From positions 1 through 54,149 of the forward strand of contig DATMSL010000032.1 in the NCBI GenBank assembly GCA_035565435.1: a DNA stretch of 54,149 nt, given 5' to 3'. The notes under the pieces were generated by a model. That model was given only the letters and a program-made list of their open reading frames with translations, was not told the DNA's origin and did no database searches. Below are positions 1-9,668 of the stretch, piece after piece. How positions within the stretch are numbered: the first letter of the stretch is position 1; each line of letters starts with the position of its first letter. The stretch is from Dyadobacter sp. (GTDB taxonomy: Bacteria; Bacteroidota; Bacteroidia; Cytophagales; Spirosomataceae). The position numbers and the translations under genes were made by a program.

Positions 1-141
1 AATGGCCCGTGTAGACCGCGAGCAAGGTTTCTGGAAAAGCCCGTCCAATGAGACAATGCGTGGCGTCCTGGGACTTGCAGTGCAGCTCTCCGGCAGCGCC
101 TTTACTTCCGGCACCGATACGGACGACCTTAACGCGCTGGG
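1..141. repeat. Terminal overlap identical to 54009-54149 (circular assembly overlap)
   Basis: Direct 141-nt identity between the two window ends; the sheath ORF reads in frame across the join. Confidence 0.97.
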
Positions 142-547
142 TATCGTAACGATCCTGAGCGAGGGGCCTACTGGCTTCCGCGTTTGGGGTAACCGTAGCT
201 CGGCATACCCAGCAGTAACGACGCCTGATAATTTTATCCCGGTATACCGCACTGCATGGATCATGGGCCGGTCACTGCAAATTACGGCGCTTCAATACGT
301 TGACCGCCCTATTAATGCAGTGCTGATCGACCAGATCCGCGAAACCGGTAACGGCTACATTCGCCAGCTGATTAGCGCAGGCGGCTTGCTAGACGGTTCA
401 GAGTGTATATGGGACCCGGAGGCTTCCGATATCCCGCAAGGCAAGTTGGCGTACCTAGTACGTATCATGCCTCCTGTACCTGCTGAGCTTATCGAGTTCA
501 CGGTAGCTATCGACGTATCAATTTTGGAAAACTTAAATAACGCATAA
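2..547 (+). CDS. Contractile tail sheath protein, C-terminal part
   Basis: GFWKSPSN, LNALGIVT, GFRVWGNRS and PPVPAELI motifs typical of P2 FI-type sheaths. Confidence 0.92.
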   Translation: MARVDREQGFWKSPSNETMRGVLGLAVQLSGSAFTSGTDTDDLNALGIVTILSEGPTGFRVWGNRSSAYPAVTTPDNFIPVYRTAWIMGRSLQITALQYVDRPINAVLIDQIRETGNGYIRQLISAGGLLDGSECIWDPEASDIPQGKLAYLVRIMPPVPAELIEFTVAIDVSILENLNNA

Positions 548-549
548 GC

Positions 550-1065
550 ATGGCGGGTCTGTCAGTACTTAAAGATGCAGTCGTGTACATTGACACGATC
601 AGCACATTAGGCAAAGCGAAAACTATTACTTTGCCTACCGTCGAGCGTACTACCGCCGACCACGAAACGCTCGGGATGCCGGGTACTATCCGAATAGGGG
701 TAGGTTTAGAAGCTATGGAGGCGACTATTACATGGGAAGGGTGGAACCGGGAGTTAGCAGTGAAAGCGTACAATACTTATGGTTTTGTCGACCTGCAATG
801 CCGAGGCGTTATTGAGGAAATGAGCGGTAACGTGAAAACGCTTACGCCGTGTATTGCGTACATGAAAGGTACTTTCAGATCTACGCAAGGCGGCGAGTTT
901 TCAGCTAAGGCTTTGGCCACTCGCGAGTCTACGCTTGACCTTCATTACTACAAGGAAGAGGTAGCAGGCCGACCTACCGTAGAGGTAGACGTGGCCAATA
1001 ACGTGTATAAGGTGGACGGCATAGACTTAAATTCTCGCCGTAACCAGATACTCGGCATAGTGTAG
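550..1065 (+). CDS. Tail tube protein (P2 FII-like)
   Basis: 171 aa directly after the sheath; C-terminal YYKEEVAG..EVDVANNVYKVDGID is typical of FII tubes. Confidence 0.9.
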   Translation: MAGLSVLKDAVVYIDTISTLGKAKTITLPTVERTTADHETLGMPGTIRIGVGLEAMEATITWEGWNRELAVKAYNTYGFVDLQCRGVIEEMSGNVKTLTPCIAYMKGTFRSTQGGEFSAKALATRESTLDLHYYKEEVAGRPTVEVDVANNVYKVDGIDLNSRRNQILGIV

Positions 1066-1091
1066 TAATTAAGTAAAACCAATATACAACG

Positions 1092-1436
1092 ATGAAAGAG
1101 GTAACAGAATCACCGGCCGAAAAGCTGGAAGAAGCCGCAGGCGTGCCTGCAGCCCAAATCGGGAAATATCCCGGATCGATTGAATTTACACTGCCAGATA
1201 GCGGCAAAAAAGTCACCATGCGCAAGCCTATGCTCGCGGATTCTTTTGCTGCTTCGGCCGATAAAACCATCGACTTAACCAATCCACAGATAATGACGGC
1301 GGCTTTGCTCGCTCAGATTTGTCTGATTGACGGAAAGCCGGTGAACTTCCACGACTGGGGCAACTTGCTCCCACTGGTTGATTATAATCTTATCGTTAGC
1401 AAGTATAACGACGAGATTACAGAGCCGGGAAAGTAA
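1092..1436 (+). CDS. Tail assembly chaperone (P2 gpE / lambda gpG position)
   Basis: Lies between tube and tape measure; FTLPDSGKKVTMRKP; ends in slippery G GGA AAG TAA. Confidence 0.85.
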   Translation: MKEVTESPAEKLEEAAGVPAAQIGKYPGSIEFTLPDSGKKVTMRKPMLADSFAASADKTIDLTNPQIMTAALLAQICLIDGKPVNFHDWGNLLPLVDYNLIVSKYNDEITEPGK

Positions 1437-1600
1437 GCCCTGAGCTCGAAGCGCTGGAAGAAAGAATGGCCCTGGTGGCTATATGGACGCACGCTTCGCG
1501 CAAGGATTTACTATCTATGGGACTGGCCGAGTTCGAGCGGTGGTACGACGTACTGGTTCGGACCTATAACAAGCTAAATCAACCGCCCAAAAATGGCTAA
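1433..1600 (+). CDS. -1 frameshift extension of the tail chaperone (gpE' / gpT-like, 55 aa)
   Basis: Slippery GGGAAAG at 1427-1433; the -1 frame stays open to TAA at 1598-1600: VSPELEALEERMALVAIWTHASRKDLLSMGLAEFERWYDVLV... Confidence 0.85.
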   Translation, partial: VSPELEALEERMALVAIWTHASRKDLLSMGLAEFERWYDVLVRTYNKLNQPPKNG

Positions 1601-3755
1601 GACAATAACTACTACCGTCGTATTGCAGGGGAAGGATATGCTTTCCCCTGTGGTCGAAAAAGCCACAGTCAAGTCAGCAAAAAGCCTCGATACGCTCCAA
1701 AAGAAAGCGAAAGCTATCTCTACCGGGGCGTTCAGTGTTATGCGCGCTACGGCGGGTATAGGCACTGCTATTGCTGCACCGCTGGCGTATGCAGGTAAAC
1801 AGGCGGTAGAGTTTGAGCACCAGCTCGCGCAGCTGGGTAAAGTGGCCAATATGGACCTGGGCACCAAAGGCCTTACGCAGCTCGGCGAGCAGGCAAAGGA
1901 GATCGCGCCTTACCTGGCTACTCTGCCCGGTGACATTCTGCAATCCATGACCGCGCTTAAACAGGCCGGTATCCCGCTCAATGAGCTTAAAGATGTAGCC
2001 AAGTTCGTAGGCGAAGCCGGTGTAGCGTTCGACGTAACAGCAGGCCAGGCCGGGGAAGCCTTCGGCAGTATCCGGGCCGCTATGAACCTCACCATAAGCG
2101 AGGGTAAAGCCGCTTTCGACGTTATCAACGTGCTTTCTAACAACATGAAAGCTACGCCAGAGCGTCTACTGTCGTTCTTTACCTCGGGCGGCGCAGGCGT
2201 AGCGAACGCCTTGAAGCTGCAAAGCAACGAGATCGCCGCATACGGCGCTACGCTTATCCAGGCAGGTAAATCCGGTGAGGAAGCGGCCACATTGATCGAG
2301 CGGGTAGCCAAGAACATCGAGTCGAAAGCCACGCTCCAAAACGTATTCCAGAAAGCAGGCGGCGGGGCAAAAGGCCTAATGTCAGTTCTGGAAACCGGGG
2401 CTAACCTGAAAGATCCTGCACTAAAAAGCAAGTACTTTAAGTTATTCGGCGAGTACTCGCTGGAAGTGCGCGCGCTGGCTGACAATATGAACGGCCCGAA
2501 CGGGCTGAAACAGGCTATTGCGCTGGTTGCCGACGAGAGCAAGAACGCAGGAGCCGTAAACCGCGAGTTTACCTCAGTAATGAAGTCTACCAAGAACCAG
2601 ATTAAACAGCTGGGGGTCGAGGTAGGCGTATTGGCTATCGAGGCAGGCGATGCGCTTTTGCCCATACTGAAAGACCTTGTTAAGGAAGCCAAGCCAGTAG
2701 TTAAGCAGGTAACAGAGTGGATCAAAGCTAATCCCGAGCTGACCAAGACAATTATCAAGAGCGCCGCAGGAGTGGCTATTTTCTCCTTTGCAGTATCGGG
2801 CATTGCAGGCGTTGTAGGGGCTGCGGCTACTACGGTTAACGCGCTATCGATCGCAATAGGCTGGTTCAAGACTGGCGGCGCGCTTGCCGGAGTTATAAAA
2901 GGTATCGGCGCATTAACTACGAGCATGTGGGCGCTTGTCGCTCCGGCACTTGCGGTTGCAGGCCCTTACATTGCCGCAGGCGTGGCACTTGTAGGTATAG
3001 GCATAGCGGCCAAGAACGCTTACGATAATATCAGGCCGTTCCATAAGCTGGTTATATCCATAACAACCGCCATACAAACCCTAGTCGATAAATCCGGAGA
3101 GCTGTTTCTGGCCTGGGCTGCGGGGGATTACGGTAAGATGTGGCGCGTACTGAAAGCCGGTCATGAACAGGCTAAGCTCAATACCGCGGCGCACATGGCT
3201 GACTGGGATAAAACGCACCCGCAGGCGCAAGGTCCGGTACTCACTCCAAAACGTATTCAGGAGATCGAGGATAAACGGAAAGTTCCGGTTAACGGGCCTG
3301 ACTGGCTTAAAAACGTTGAGTATAACCGCAAGCTCCGTAAGGACGCTGAAATGCGGAAGCTGCTCAATCCGCAGAACTTACCTGGCAAACCGTACTATGA
3401 GCCAGATCCGCGGAAGTTGCAGCCTAAGCCGGTTAACCAGCAGCCAGTACCTAAGAAAGGTATCAACTGGTCTAACCCGCTTAATTTCCCGGAACGCGCC
3501 CCGGAACCTAAGCCAGGACCGGTATTTAATCCATTTCAGCGACCAGAGCCAGTCCAACCGGTATTACCGCAACCGGCCGTCCCAAGCATAACTGTGAACA
3601 ACAGTCCGGCTATAACTGTGAATGGGGCAATGACGCCAGAGAGCCGCAAAGAGCTTGAAAAAGTACTTGCAGACAACATGATACAGGCCAGGGAAATGGT
3701 AGAGAAAATACAGCGGGATATTCACCGGAAAAGCTTTAACCCGGCACAACCATGA
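1593..3755 (+). CDS. Tape measure protein
   Basis: Ala/Gly-rich helical 720 aa with TP901-type AVEFEHQLAQLGKV, hydrophobic segments and the expected position. Confidence 0.92.
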   Translation: MAKTITTTVVLQGKDMLSPVVEKATVKSAKSLDTLQKKAKAISTGAFSVMRATAGIGTAIAAPLAYAGKQAVEFEHQLAQLGKVANMDLGTKGLTQLGEQAKEIAPYLATLPGDILQSMTALKQAGIPLNELKDVAKFVGEAGVAFDVTAGQAGEAFGSIRAAMNLTISEGKAAFDVINVLSNNMKATPERLLSFFTSGGAGVANALKLQSNEIAAYGATLIQAGKSGEEAATLIERVAKNIESKATLQNVFQKAGGGAKGLMSVLETGANLKDPALKSKYFKLFGEYSLEVRALADNMNGPNGLKQAIALVADESKNAGAVNREFTSVMKSTKNQIKQLGVEVGVLAIEAGDALLPILKDLVKEAKPVVKQVTEWIKANPELTKTIIKSAAGVAIFSFAVSGIAGVVGAAATTVNALSIAIGWFKTGGALAGVIKGIGALTTSMWALVAPALAVAGPYIAAGVALVGIGIAAKNAYDNIRPFHKLVISITTAIQTLVDKSGELFLAWAAGDYGKMWRVLKAGHEQAKLNTAAHMADWDKTHPQAQGPVLTPKRIQEIEDKRKVPVNGPDWLKNVEYNRKLRKDAEMRKLLNPQNLPGKPYYEPDPRKLQPKPVNQQPVPKKGINWSNPLNFPERAPEPKPGPVFNPFQRPEPVQPVLPQPAVPSITVNNSPAITVNGAMTPESRKELEKVLADNMIQAREMVEKIQRDIHRKSFNPAQP

Positions 3756-4621
3756 TATTTCAATACGGAGATATAACCTTTAAGCGGCTCGATGCCCCCA
3801 CCGAAATGTCGTTGGAGGGCTCGATGAATTATCAGCAGCTCGAAAGACTGTCAGGTAAGCCTGTGCTTCAAAAAATAGGCGTCCCGTTGCGTAATATAGC
3901 TATGACTATTGAGCTGTATTATCAAACAGTGGACGTAGCTACTTCCGTATCTAAACTATGGGCGTGGATGTACTCGGGCATAGAGGCAGAGTTGATCGAC
4001 GGCGCGGGTTTCACTTACGGTACTTTCGTAATAGACCGTGTTCGTCAGGAGCAGGTGAAGCTAGACCCCAACAACGGCGCGGTACTGAGCGCTATCATGC
4101 AGCTCTCTTTTCTGGAATCGGCACCGTACGACCAGAAATCGGACGAGAAGTTAAAAGCACGTAAAGCGGCGTTCGCTACTGTCGAGGCAAAGCCTATTGA
4201 GGTAAAGCCTAAAACGATCATATCGACCCCGCAGGCCAAGACGACTTACGGCATTAACCGGTCGGTTATAGCCTCGAAAGCCAGCATAGACTCAGTTAAA
4301 AAAGCAGACCAGATACCCGACCAGTTCGACAAGTACATGCGCGAGGGGGTAAAGCAGATCACTGAGGCCCAGAAGAACATACAGGAAGCCCGGTCGCAAG
4401 TCGATAAGGTAACTGCAACTGTGAGCAACATACAGCAGCTTAAAAATACGATGGATGCTACGATCGCAATGACTACGCAGTTCGCCACGTCGATAACCGG
4501 AGCCGGCCCTGCTGACTTACCGGGCATTATAAGCGGAACTGGAAATACGCTGAATAACCAACTAAATAGTTTACTGTCGGCAGCTGCGATAATTACGGCT
4601 GTGACTTCAATCAGGAAATAA
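3752..4621 (+). CDS. Tail tube initiator (P2 gpU-like) with helical C-terminal extension
   Basis: MIFQYGDITF...GKPVLQKIG...LIDGAGFTYGTFVI pattern; follows the tape measure gene. Confidence 0.75.
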   Translation: MIFQYGDITFKRLDAPTEMSLEGSMNYQQLERLSGKPVLQKIGVPLRNIAMTIELYYQTVDVATSVSKLWAWMYSGIEAELIDGAGFTYGTFVIDRVRQEQVKLDPNNGAVLSAIMQLSFLESAPYDQKSDEKLKARKAAFATVEAKPIEVKPKTIISTPQAKTTYGINRSVIASKASIDSVKKADQIPDQFDKYMREGVKQITEAQKNIQEARSQVDKVTATVSNIQQLKNTMDATIAMTTQFATSITGAGPADLPGIISGTGNTLNNQLNSLLSAAAIITAVTSIRK

Positions 4622-7600
4622 TGGCAGAGACAACAGCCCCTCGATTCACCTCTATACGGGTCAAGCAAGGCGACCGCTGGGATACCATTGCATACGATGC
4701 ATGGGGCGACGCTAATGCATACCGCGACCTGATCTACGATAACCCGCACTTGCCCATTAACATGGAGCTACCTGTGGGCGAAACGGTGTACATCCGTATC
4801 AAAACCGATCCGATATCAGGAGAAACGCGGCCTTTCTGGTTCCAGGACGAGGATCTGCTAAACGAGACGCTCGGCGAAACGGATACCGCTACGGTACCAG
4901 TCGTCGAAGGGCCTCCTGTGCCTTTGGGTTTCTCGCCGGGCTATCCGAAAGTTGAGGGTAACAAGATACTTTTCGCTATCAATAAATCGGCGCGTTACCC
5001 GTACAGCGTTGAGAAAACCTCTGGCGGCGTAGTAGCAGAGTCCTCTGGATACGACTTCGCTTCGGGTTTCCCCGTGAGCACTGCGGACATTCAAGACGGC
5101 GGGTACTACGTGGTCAAAGTGGGTAATATTACTTCCGCGCCTTTAACGGTGCAGGGAGCCGGCGCGCCTTTGGCTTTCTTGCAAACACCGGCTGTTACGA
5201 AAGTAGGTACCGCATGGCAGCTTAAATACAGCATTAACAAGACGGGTCTATACCGCACTAAAATTACAAACCTTGCCGGTAATACGGTCGTGTTCGACCA
5301 GATGTGGAATTACACGTCGGGCTTTGTAGTCACACTGCCAGTAAGCGCCGAGGGCAGCTACAAGCTGGAAGTTATCGGTGTGACTACCCTCACGCATAAT
5401 TTTACGATCGCAGATTCCGGCGAGTCCACCACAAAACCTGCATGGCTTACAGCGGCAGGCTACCGGTACGACCCTAACAGCCACGACTTCACAATGGAGC
5501 TGGACGCTACTGCTGATTTGGAGGTAGAAGTTACTGCTACGGTAGGCGGCAACCCGTCAGGCAAAGACCAAGACGGTAACCCGTGGGGCGCCGGTATCTA
5601 CAATCCCGGAACGGCTGCGTGGGCTACACCGCCTTACGACGAGCGCTTTTCGTTCAACCCTAATGTCGCGGCTACTGGCGGCTTGCTCCCGTCAACACAG
5701 TATCGTTTTCGTATCCGCAGAACTTCGGTGCCTGACGATATTTTCGTGCTGTATTTCCAGACCCCGGCAGCTGCAACGCCGCCTGGCGACCCTACACCCA
5801 TCGACTTGGAGGAACAGGGAACCGCATGCGCTGTACGGCCTACTATTACGGGTATCGTGCAGGCTGATACGGATAACGTAACTTTCCAGGTCAGTGGCCA
5901 AGGGTATGAAACTCTGAAATGGCGAGTAAAACGGGCTTCGGATTCCGAGGTAGTGCGTAGCGGTACCGTAGCAGTGTTTGTAGGCGGAGTACCTCAGTTC
6001 GTCCCATCCAACCAGCCTACGGTTAACTTTCTCGGACTGGCCAATGGCGATTATATTTTCGAGATTGAGGGCGGTAACTGTACATCTACCCCGCATACTG
6101 CTACTTTCACCGTAACGGACGGCGGCACCGGATCAACCGGCACGCTCGAAGTGGCAGCTTACTATTCCGACGAGGGCACCGCGGATTTCAAAGTACGCAT
6201 CAACGGTACGACCCCTTACGCTGTATCGGCTACCAACGATTCGAACGATGTGGTTTTCACTGCTACCGGCGTAACCTCCGACGAGATCGAGATATCGGAT
6301 AGCATTATGGCTGCTTTGGGCAGCGGAGGTATCAAAATAGAGGCTTCGGACGACGACGGCAAGGTGGGAACTATCGAGTTCTCGGGCGTCGACTTGATGC
6401 TTAAAAAGAAATGGCATATCGGGTTTTCGGTCGCTAACGGCAATATCGATAACCATTTGGAGGCTATTAATGAGGGTGAGACGATGGACTTTACCACTAT
6501 CGGGGTGATCAAAGGTTCACCTTCCACGGATGCGGAGTATAATGCATACCTGACCTCAGTTAACGATCATACCGTTTCGACAGGCGGTACTGGCACTTTC
6601 GATGCAGTCACCAAACTGGCTTACACAAAAACCAAGTGCAAACACTTGCGCATGGGCTCAACGCTCGTACGTGACGACAATAAATTGAATAACGGCACGA
6701 CCCGTACGCTGTTTTTCGGATTGCAGGACTGCATGATGCGAGTAGACGGGGTTACGCCGTTCCACAAAGTATCCACAGGCGTAGTAGCCCGGGAAATGGT
6801 AGGCTCTCCGGCTTCACCGGCTTTCCGGGCGTATGCGAAGCGCATTGCACTCGCCGACGTGAAGCACAACCTTCCGGCTATTCTTGACGGTACTATCGCT
6901 TTCTGGGGCCAGCCTATCGGCTCGTCAGGTGAGTGCGAATATCTATTCCACTTGGAAGGCCCGAACGGTGAGGTTGAAGGTACGTCTACGGGCGATTTCC
7001 ACCCTGCATCCGTGGCGCTATTCAAACAGCGTTTCCCTGAGTATAACGGCTTAACCAACTCGCAGATATCCGCAGCCTTTGGTAACGGCTCGCCGCTTGA
7101 CCTGGCATGGAAAGAGCACCACGCGCTGACCTATGCCGAGTTCGTGCATGAAGTTTATGACTACGTGCTGGAACAAGTACCTGCACTGTATGCCGGCCGC
7201 AAGAAACTGACCGAAGAGGATTGCGGGTCTTTCGTAGATGAACTGTCGCCAATGCGCATGAGCCAGAACGCGCTGCGCCGGATGCACAAACTGTCTTTCC
7301 TGTGGAAGTCTAACGATAACAGTAACCGGCCGGCTTCTACGATCGATTACATCCTCGATCACGTAAGTAGCCTGGCTCGTCGTACGAGCGGTATTGCCAT
7401 GGTTGAGCCTTCGCCGCCAGGTGATGCAGGGTTTGATAATCCGATATCTCAGGCGTACATAGCTCACGAGACAGACGAGTCGTTCGAGCGGGGTATCGGT
7501 ATTTCATGGGTGAATAACAATGACGGCGGCTACGTAACTACTATTATGGGTATGACAACGGTAGTGCCCGGCGCGTTGCCTAAACCTAAGCTGGAATTTG

Positions 7601-8214
7601 TAATCTCCGGCTCAGATAAAGTAATTACCCGGCTTAACCGCAACATATCCGACGTGTTCAAGACGGGCGCGCAAGGTGGCGGCTGGGAGTCTGCATGGTC
7701 GTCTTTCCGTACCTCCAACAGCCTTACGCACGTCGACACGTTATCAGTGGACGACATAGTGCCTGAGGTTGAGGAAGGCGGTGGAGGCCCTGGGCCAGGT
7801 CCGGGACCCGGTACCGGTGTATTTACGCCTACCCTGATGTACAACGGCTGGCCGGAGGTGCTTAGCGTTACCATTACCGGCGTAGGCGGCTCGACTTCGG
7901 AGGATTGGCTGATCAATGCCAGCTGCTCGAAAACTCTGGACGCCGGTTACGAGAAATACTGGATAGTTGACGATAACATTATTAAGCAAGCTGGCGATTT
8001 GGTAAACTATCCGTACCAGTCCAACGAAGAGGTATCTATTGTGGTTATGTATATCAAGATAGGAACCGATACGCTCTTCCGCTGGGCCAACCCCGGAGAG
8101 AACAAGTACATACCGGGCTTCTCGGATCCTAACCTCGGGCAAGATCTCGGGTTCGCAGGACTCGGGGCGTCAGGCGCCAGCGCTGTTTACGGTTTCCAAG
8201 AGGTATCAGCTTAA
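4621..8214 (+). CDS. P2 gpX/LysM-like baseplate domain fused to beta-sandwich repeats and a putative glycoside hydrolase domain
   Basis: N-terminal VKQGDRWDTIAYDAWGD...NPHL...LPVGETVYI is tail X-like; the remaining ~1130 aa are beta-rich, then alpha/beta. Confidence 0.7.
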   Translation: MAETTAPRFTSIRVKQGDRWDTIAYDAWGDANAYRDLIYDNPHLPINMELPVGETVYIRIKTDPISGETRPFWFQDEDLLNETLGETDTATVPVVEGPPVPLGFSPGYPKVEGNKILFAINKSARYPYSVEKTSGGVVAESSGYDFASGFPVSTADIQDGGYYVVKVGNITSAPLTVQGAGAPLAFLQTPAVTKVGTAWQLKYSINKTGLYRTKITNLAGNTVVFDQMWNYTSGFVVTLPVSAEGSYKLEVIGVTTLTHNFTIADSGESTTKPAWLTAAGYRYDPNSHDFTMELDATADLEVEVTATVGGNPSGKDQDGNPWGAGIYNPGTAAWATPPYDERFSFNPNVAATGGLLPSTQYRFRIRRTSVPDDIFVLYFQTPAAATPPGDPTPIDLEEQGTACAVRPTITGIVQADTDNVTFQVSGQGYETLKWRVKRASDSEVVRSGTVAVFVGGVPQFVPSNQPTVNFLGLANGDYIFEIEGGNCTSTPHTATFTVTDGGTGSTGTLEVAAYYSDEGTADFKVRINGTTPYAVSATNDSNDVVFTATGVTSDEIEISDSIMAALGSGGIKIEASDDDGKVGTIEFSGVDLMLKKKWHIGFSVANGNIDNHLEAINEGETMDFTTIGVIKGSPSTDAEYNAYLTSVNDHTVSTGGTGTFDAVTKLAYTKTKCKHLRMGSTLVRDDNKLNNGTTRTLFFGLQDCMMRVDGVTPFHKVSTGVVAREMVGSPASPAFRAYAKRIALADVKHNLPAILDGTIAFWGQPIGSSGECEYLFHLEGPNGEVEGTSTGDFHPASVALFKQRFPEYNGLTNSQISAAFGNGSPLDLAWKEHHALTYAEFVHEVYDYVLEQVPALYAGRKKLTEEDCGSFVDELSPMRMSQNALRRMHKLSFLWKSNDNSNRPASTIDYILDHVSSLARRTSGIAMVEPSPPGDAGFDNPISQAYIAHETDESFERGIGISWVNNNDGGYVTTIMGMTTVVPGALPKPKLEFVISGSDKVITRLNRNISDVFKTGAQGGGWESAWSSFRTSNSLTHVDTLSVDDIVPEVEEGGGGPGPGPGPGTGVFTPTLMYNGWPEVLSVTITGVGGSTSEDWLINASCSKTLDAGYEKYWIVDDNIIKQAGDLVNYPYQSNEEVSIVVMYIKIGTDTLFRWANPGENKYIPGFSDPNLGQDLGFAGLGASGASAVYGFQEVSA

Positions 8215-8225
8215 ACTGAAATATA

Positions 8226-9668
8226 ATGGCTTTTTTAAGACCAACACCCGCTACTTTCGATTACAGCAAAGCCCAGACGCCGCAGTCGGCTAATGTGCTG
8301 CCAAACTTTACGCTACCCGCAGGCCACGTGTTTAGCGGGGCTACTGGGCGCGAAGGGTGGACGCAGCCCCTTATGCTGTCCAAAGGTTTCAGTCACTACG
8401 ACCGCGACCGTGCAGGCGACGAGAACGGGGGCAATCAGGCCGGTTATGAGGCTACGTACCCTAAACGGGTATACTGGTCCGTACCACGTATTAACGATAC
8501 GTTCGGCATGAACACCAATACCAGTCAGGACCAGTGTAAGGCTTTTGCAGCCCAAATGCCGCTTAACTATACGCTGGTTGTGCTGGAAACGATGGAGAAC
8601 GTTAATACGCTTGCTCCGGAGGCTATTCAATGGAAATGGTTTCACGACGAGTGGAAACGTCTCGCTGATATCGCTACCGCGTCTGACGGCAAGCCGCGCC
8701 TACGCTGCCATAACTACTTCCGGTTTGCAAATGGTATCTGGGCGCTCGGGCAGCAAGACTGGGAAACGCACCGGCAGCTGTACACGACACCAGTTAATAA
8801 CTGGCCGTCTATTAGCTATGTTGACAGTTTCGGACTTACCCAAACAGCTATAAACCTGTGGTCGCCCGGCCAGAATTTGCAAAGCTGTAACCTGATCGTA
8901 GAGGGCGTATACCAGGGCAACCCGGATGCAGACCGCGATAGCTATTTCGGTACGATATTCGCTATGGAAACCGCCTCAATGCAGGGTAAAATGCCGGGTA
9001 TATTCCTGTTCGGGGTACGTGAATGGCGCCCTAACTGGCCGGAAAGCACCGTATACTCAGACGGCCGGTTTACCCGCAACAATAAGGTGAAACTGCACCC
9101 GAAAGCGCTCCGTACGTGGGCATTTCTCGGGCAAGAGTTCGGCGGCACCAATGGCGGTTGCAGTATTGAATACGGCTTGAACTCGTACCAACCGGTCAGT
9201 AAGAAGCCCGTAGAGTATTTTGCAGGCGTGGTGGATGCGAATACAGACCGCTGGAAAGCTACGGCCGCCTCGGATTACTCTCCGTTCCCGTACTACGGCG
9301 GCGCGGGTCCCGGCAGGTATACCGCAGGTGGTGGCGATTTCTTTCACTTCGGCGTACATTTGTGGAATAGCACTTTCGGTCAGGTGAATGGAGGTACACG
9401 CAACTACATGCGCTTCCGGGTGAGCGGCATTAACAGTAATGCATGGTTCGAGAGGGCTACGGCTAACTCTGATATCATCAACGCTCGCCGCGATCGCAGG
9501 CCTATCGTACGCTGCTGCATACAGGGCAGTAAAATGGCCGTCATGTATCTTAACCCGTACGCGAATCACACTAAAATGACCTTGGAGTTTCAACACCCTA
9601 CGACCTCGACGACCTGGACCCGCACAGTTTGTGGCACAGGGATTCACGCCGAGCTGATTGACCTATGA
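8226..9668 (+). CDS. Hypothetical virion protein, aromatic-rich, possibly carbohydrate-binding or hydrolase
   Basis: 480 aa W/Y/N/G-rich ORF inside the tail operon, between the gpX and gpD homologues. Confidence 0.55.
   Translation: MAFLRPTPATFDYSKAQTPQSANVLPNFTLPAGHVFSGATGREGWTQPLMLSKGFSHYDRDRAGDENGGNQAGYEATYPKRVYWSVPRINDTFGMNTNTSQDQCKAFAAQMPLNYTLVVLETMENVNTLAPEAIQWKWFHDEWKRLADIATASDGKPRLRCHNYFRFANGIWALGQQDWETHRQLYTTPVNNWPSISYVDSFGLTQTAINLWSPGQNLQSCNLIVEGVYQGNPDADRDSYFGTIFAMETASMQGKMPGIFLFGVREWRPNWPESTVYSDGRFTRNNKVKLHPKALRTWAFLGQEFGGTNGGCSIEYGLNSYQPVSKKPVEYFAGVVDANTDRWKATAASDYSPFPYYGGAGPGRYTAGGGDFFHFGVHLWNSTFGQVNGGTRNYMRFRVSGINSNAWFERATANSDIINARRDRRPIVRCCIQGSKMAVMYLNPYANHTKMTLEFQHPTTSTTWTRTVCGTGIHAELIDL

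Noticed and set aside
1..141. 141-bp terminal repeat as a biological direct terminal repeat
   Set aside because: It falls inside the sheath gene and has the size of an assembler k-mer overlap; a cos site elsewhere explains the ends better
1910..2926. 338-aa minus-strand ORF and similar long antisense ORFs (e.g. 53164-54033, 45654-46319)
   Set aside because: Antisense shadows of well-supported plus-strand genes, with no recognisable motifs
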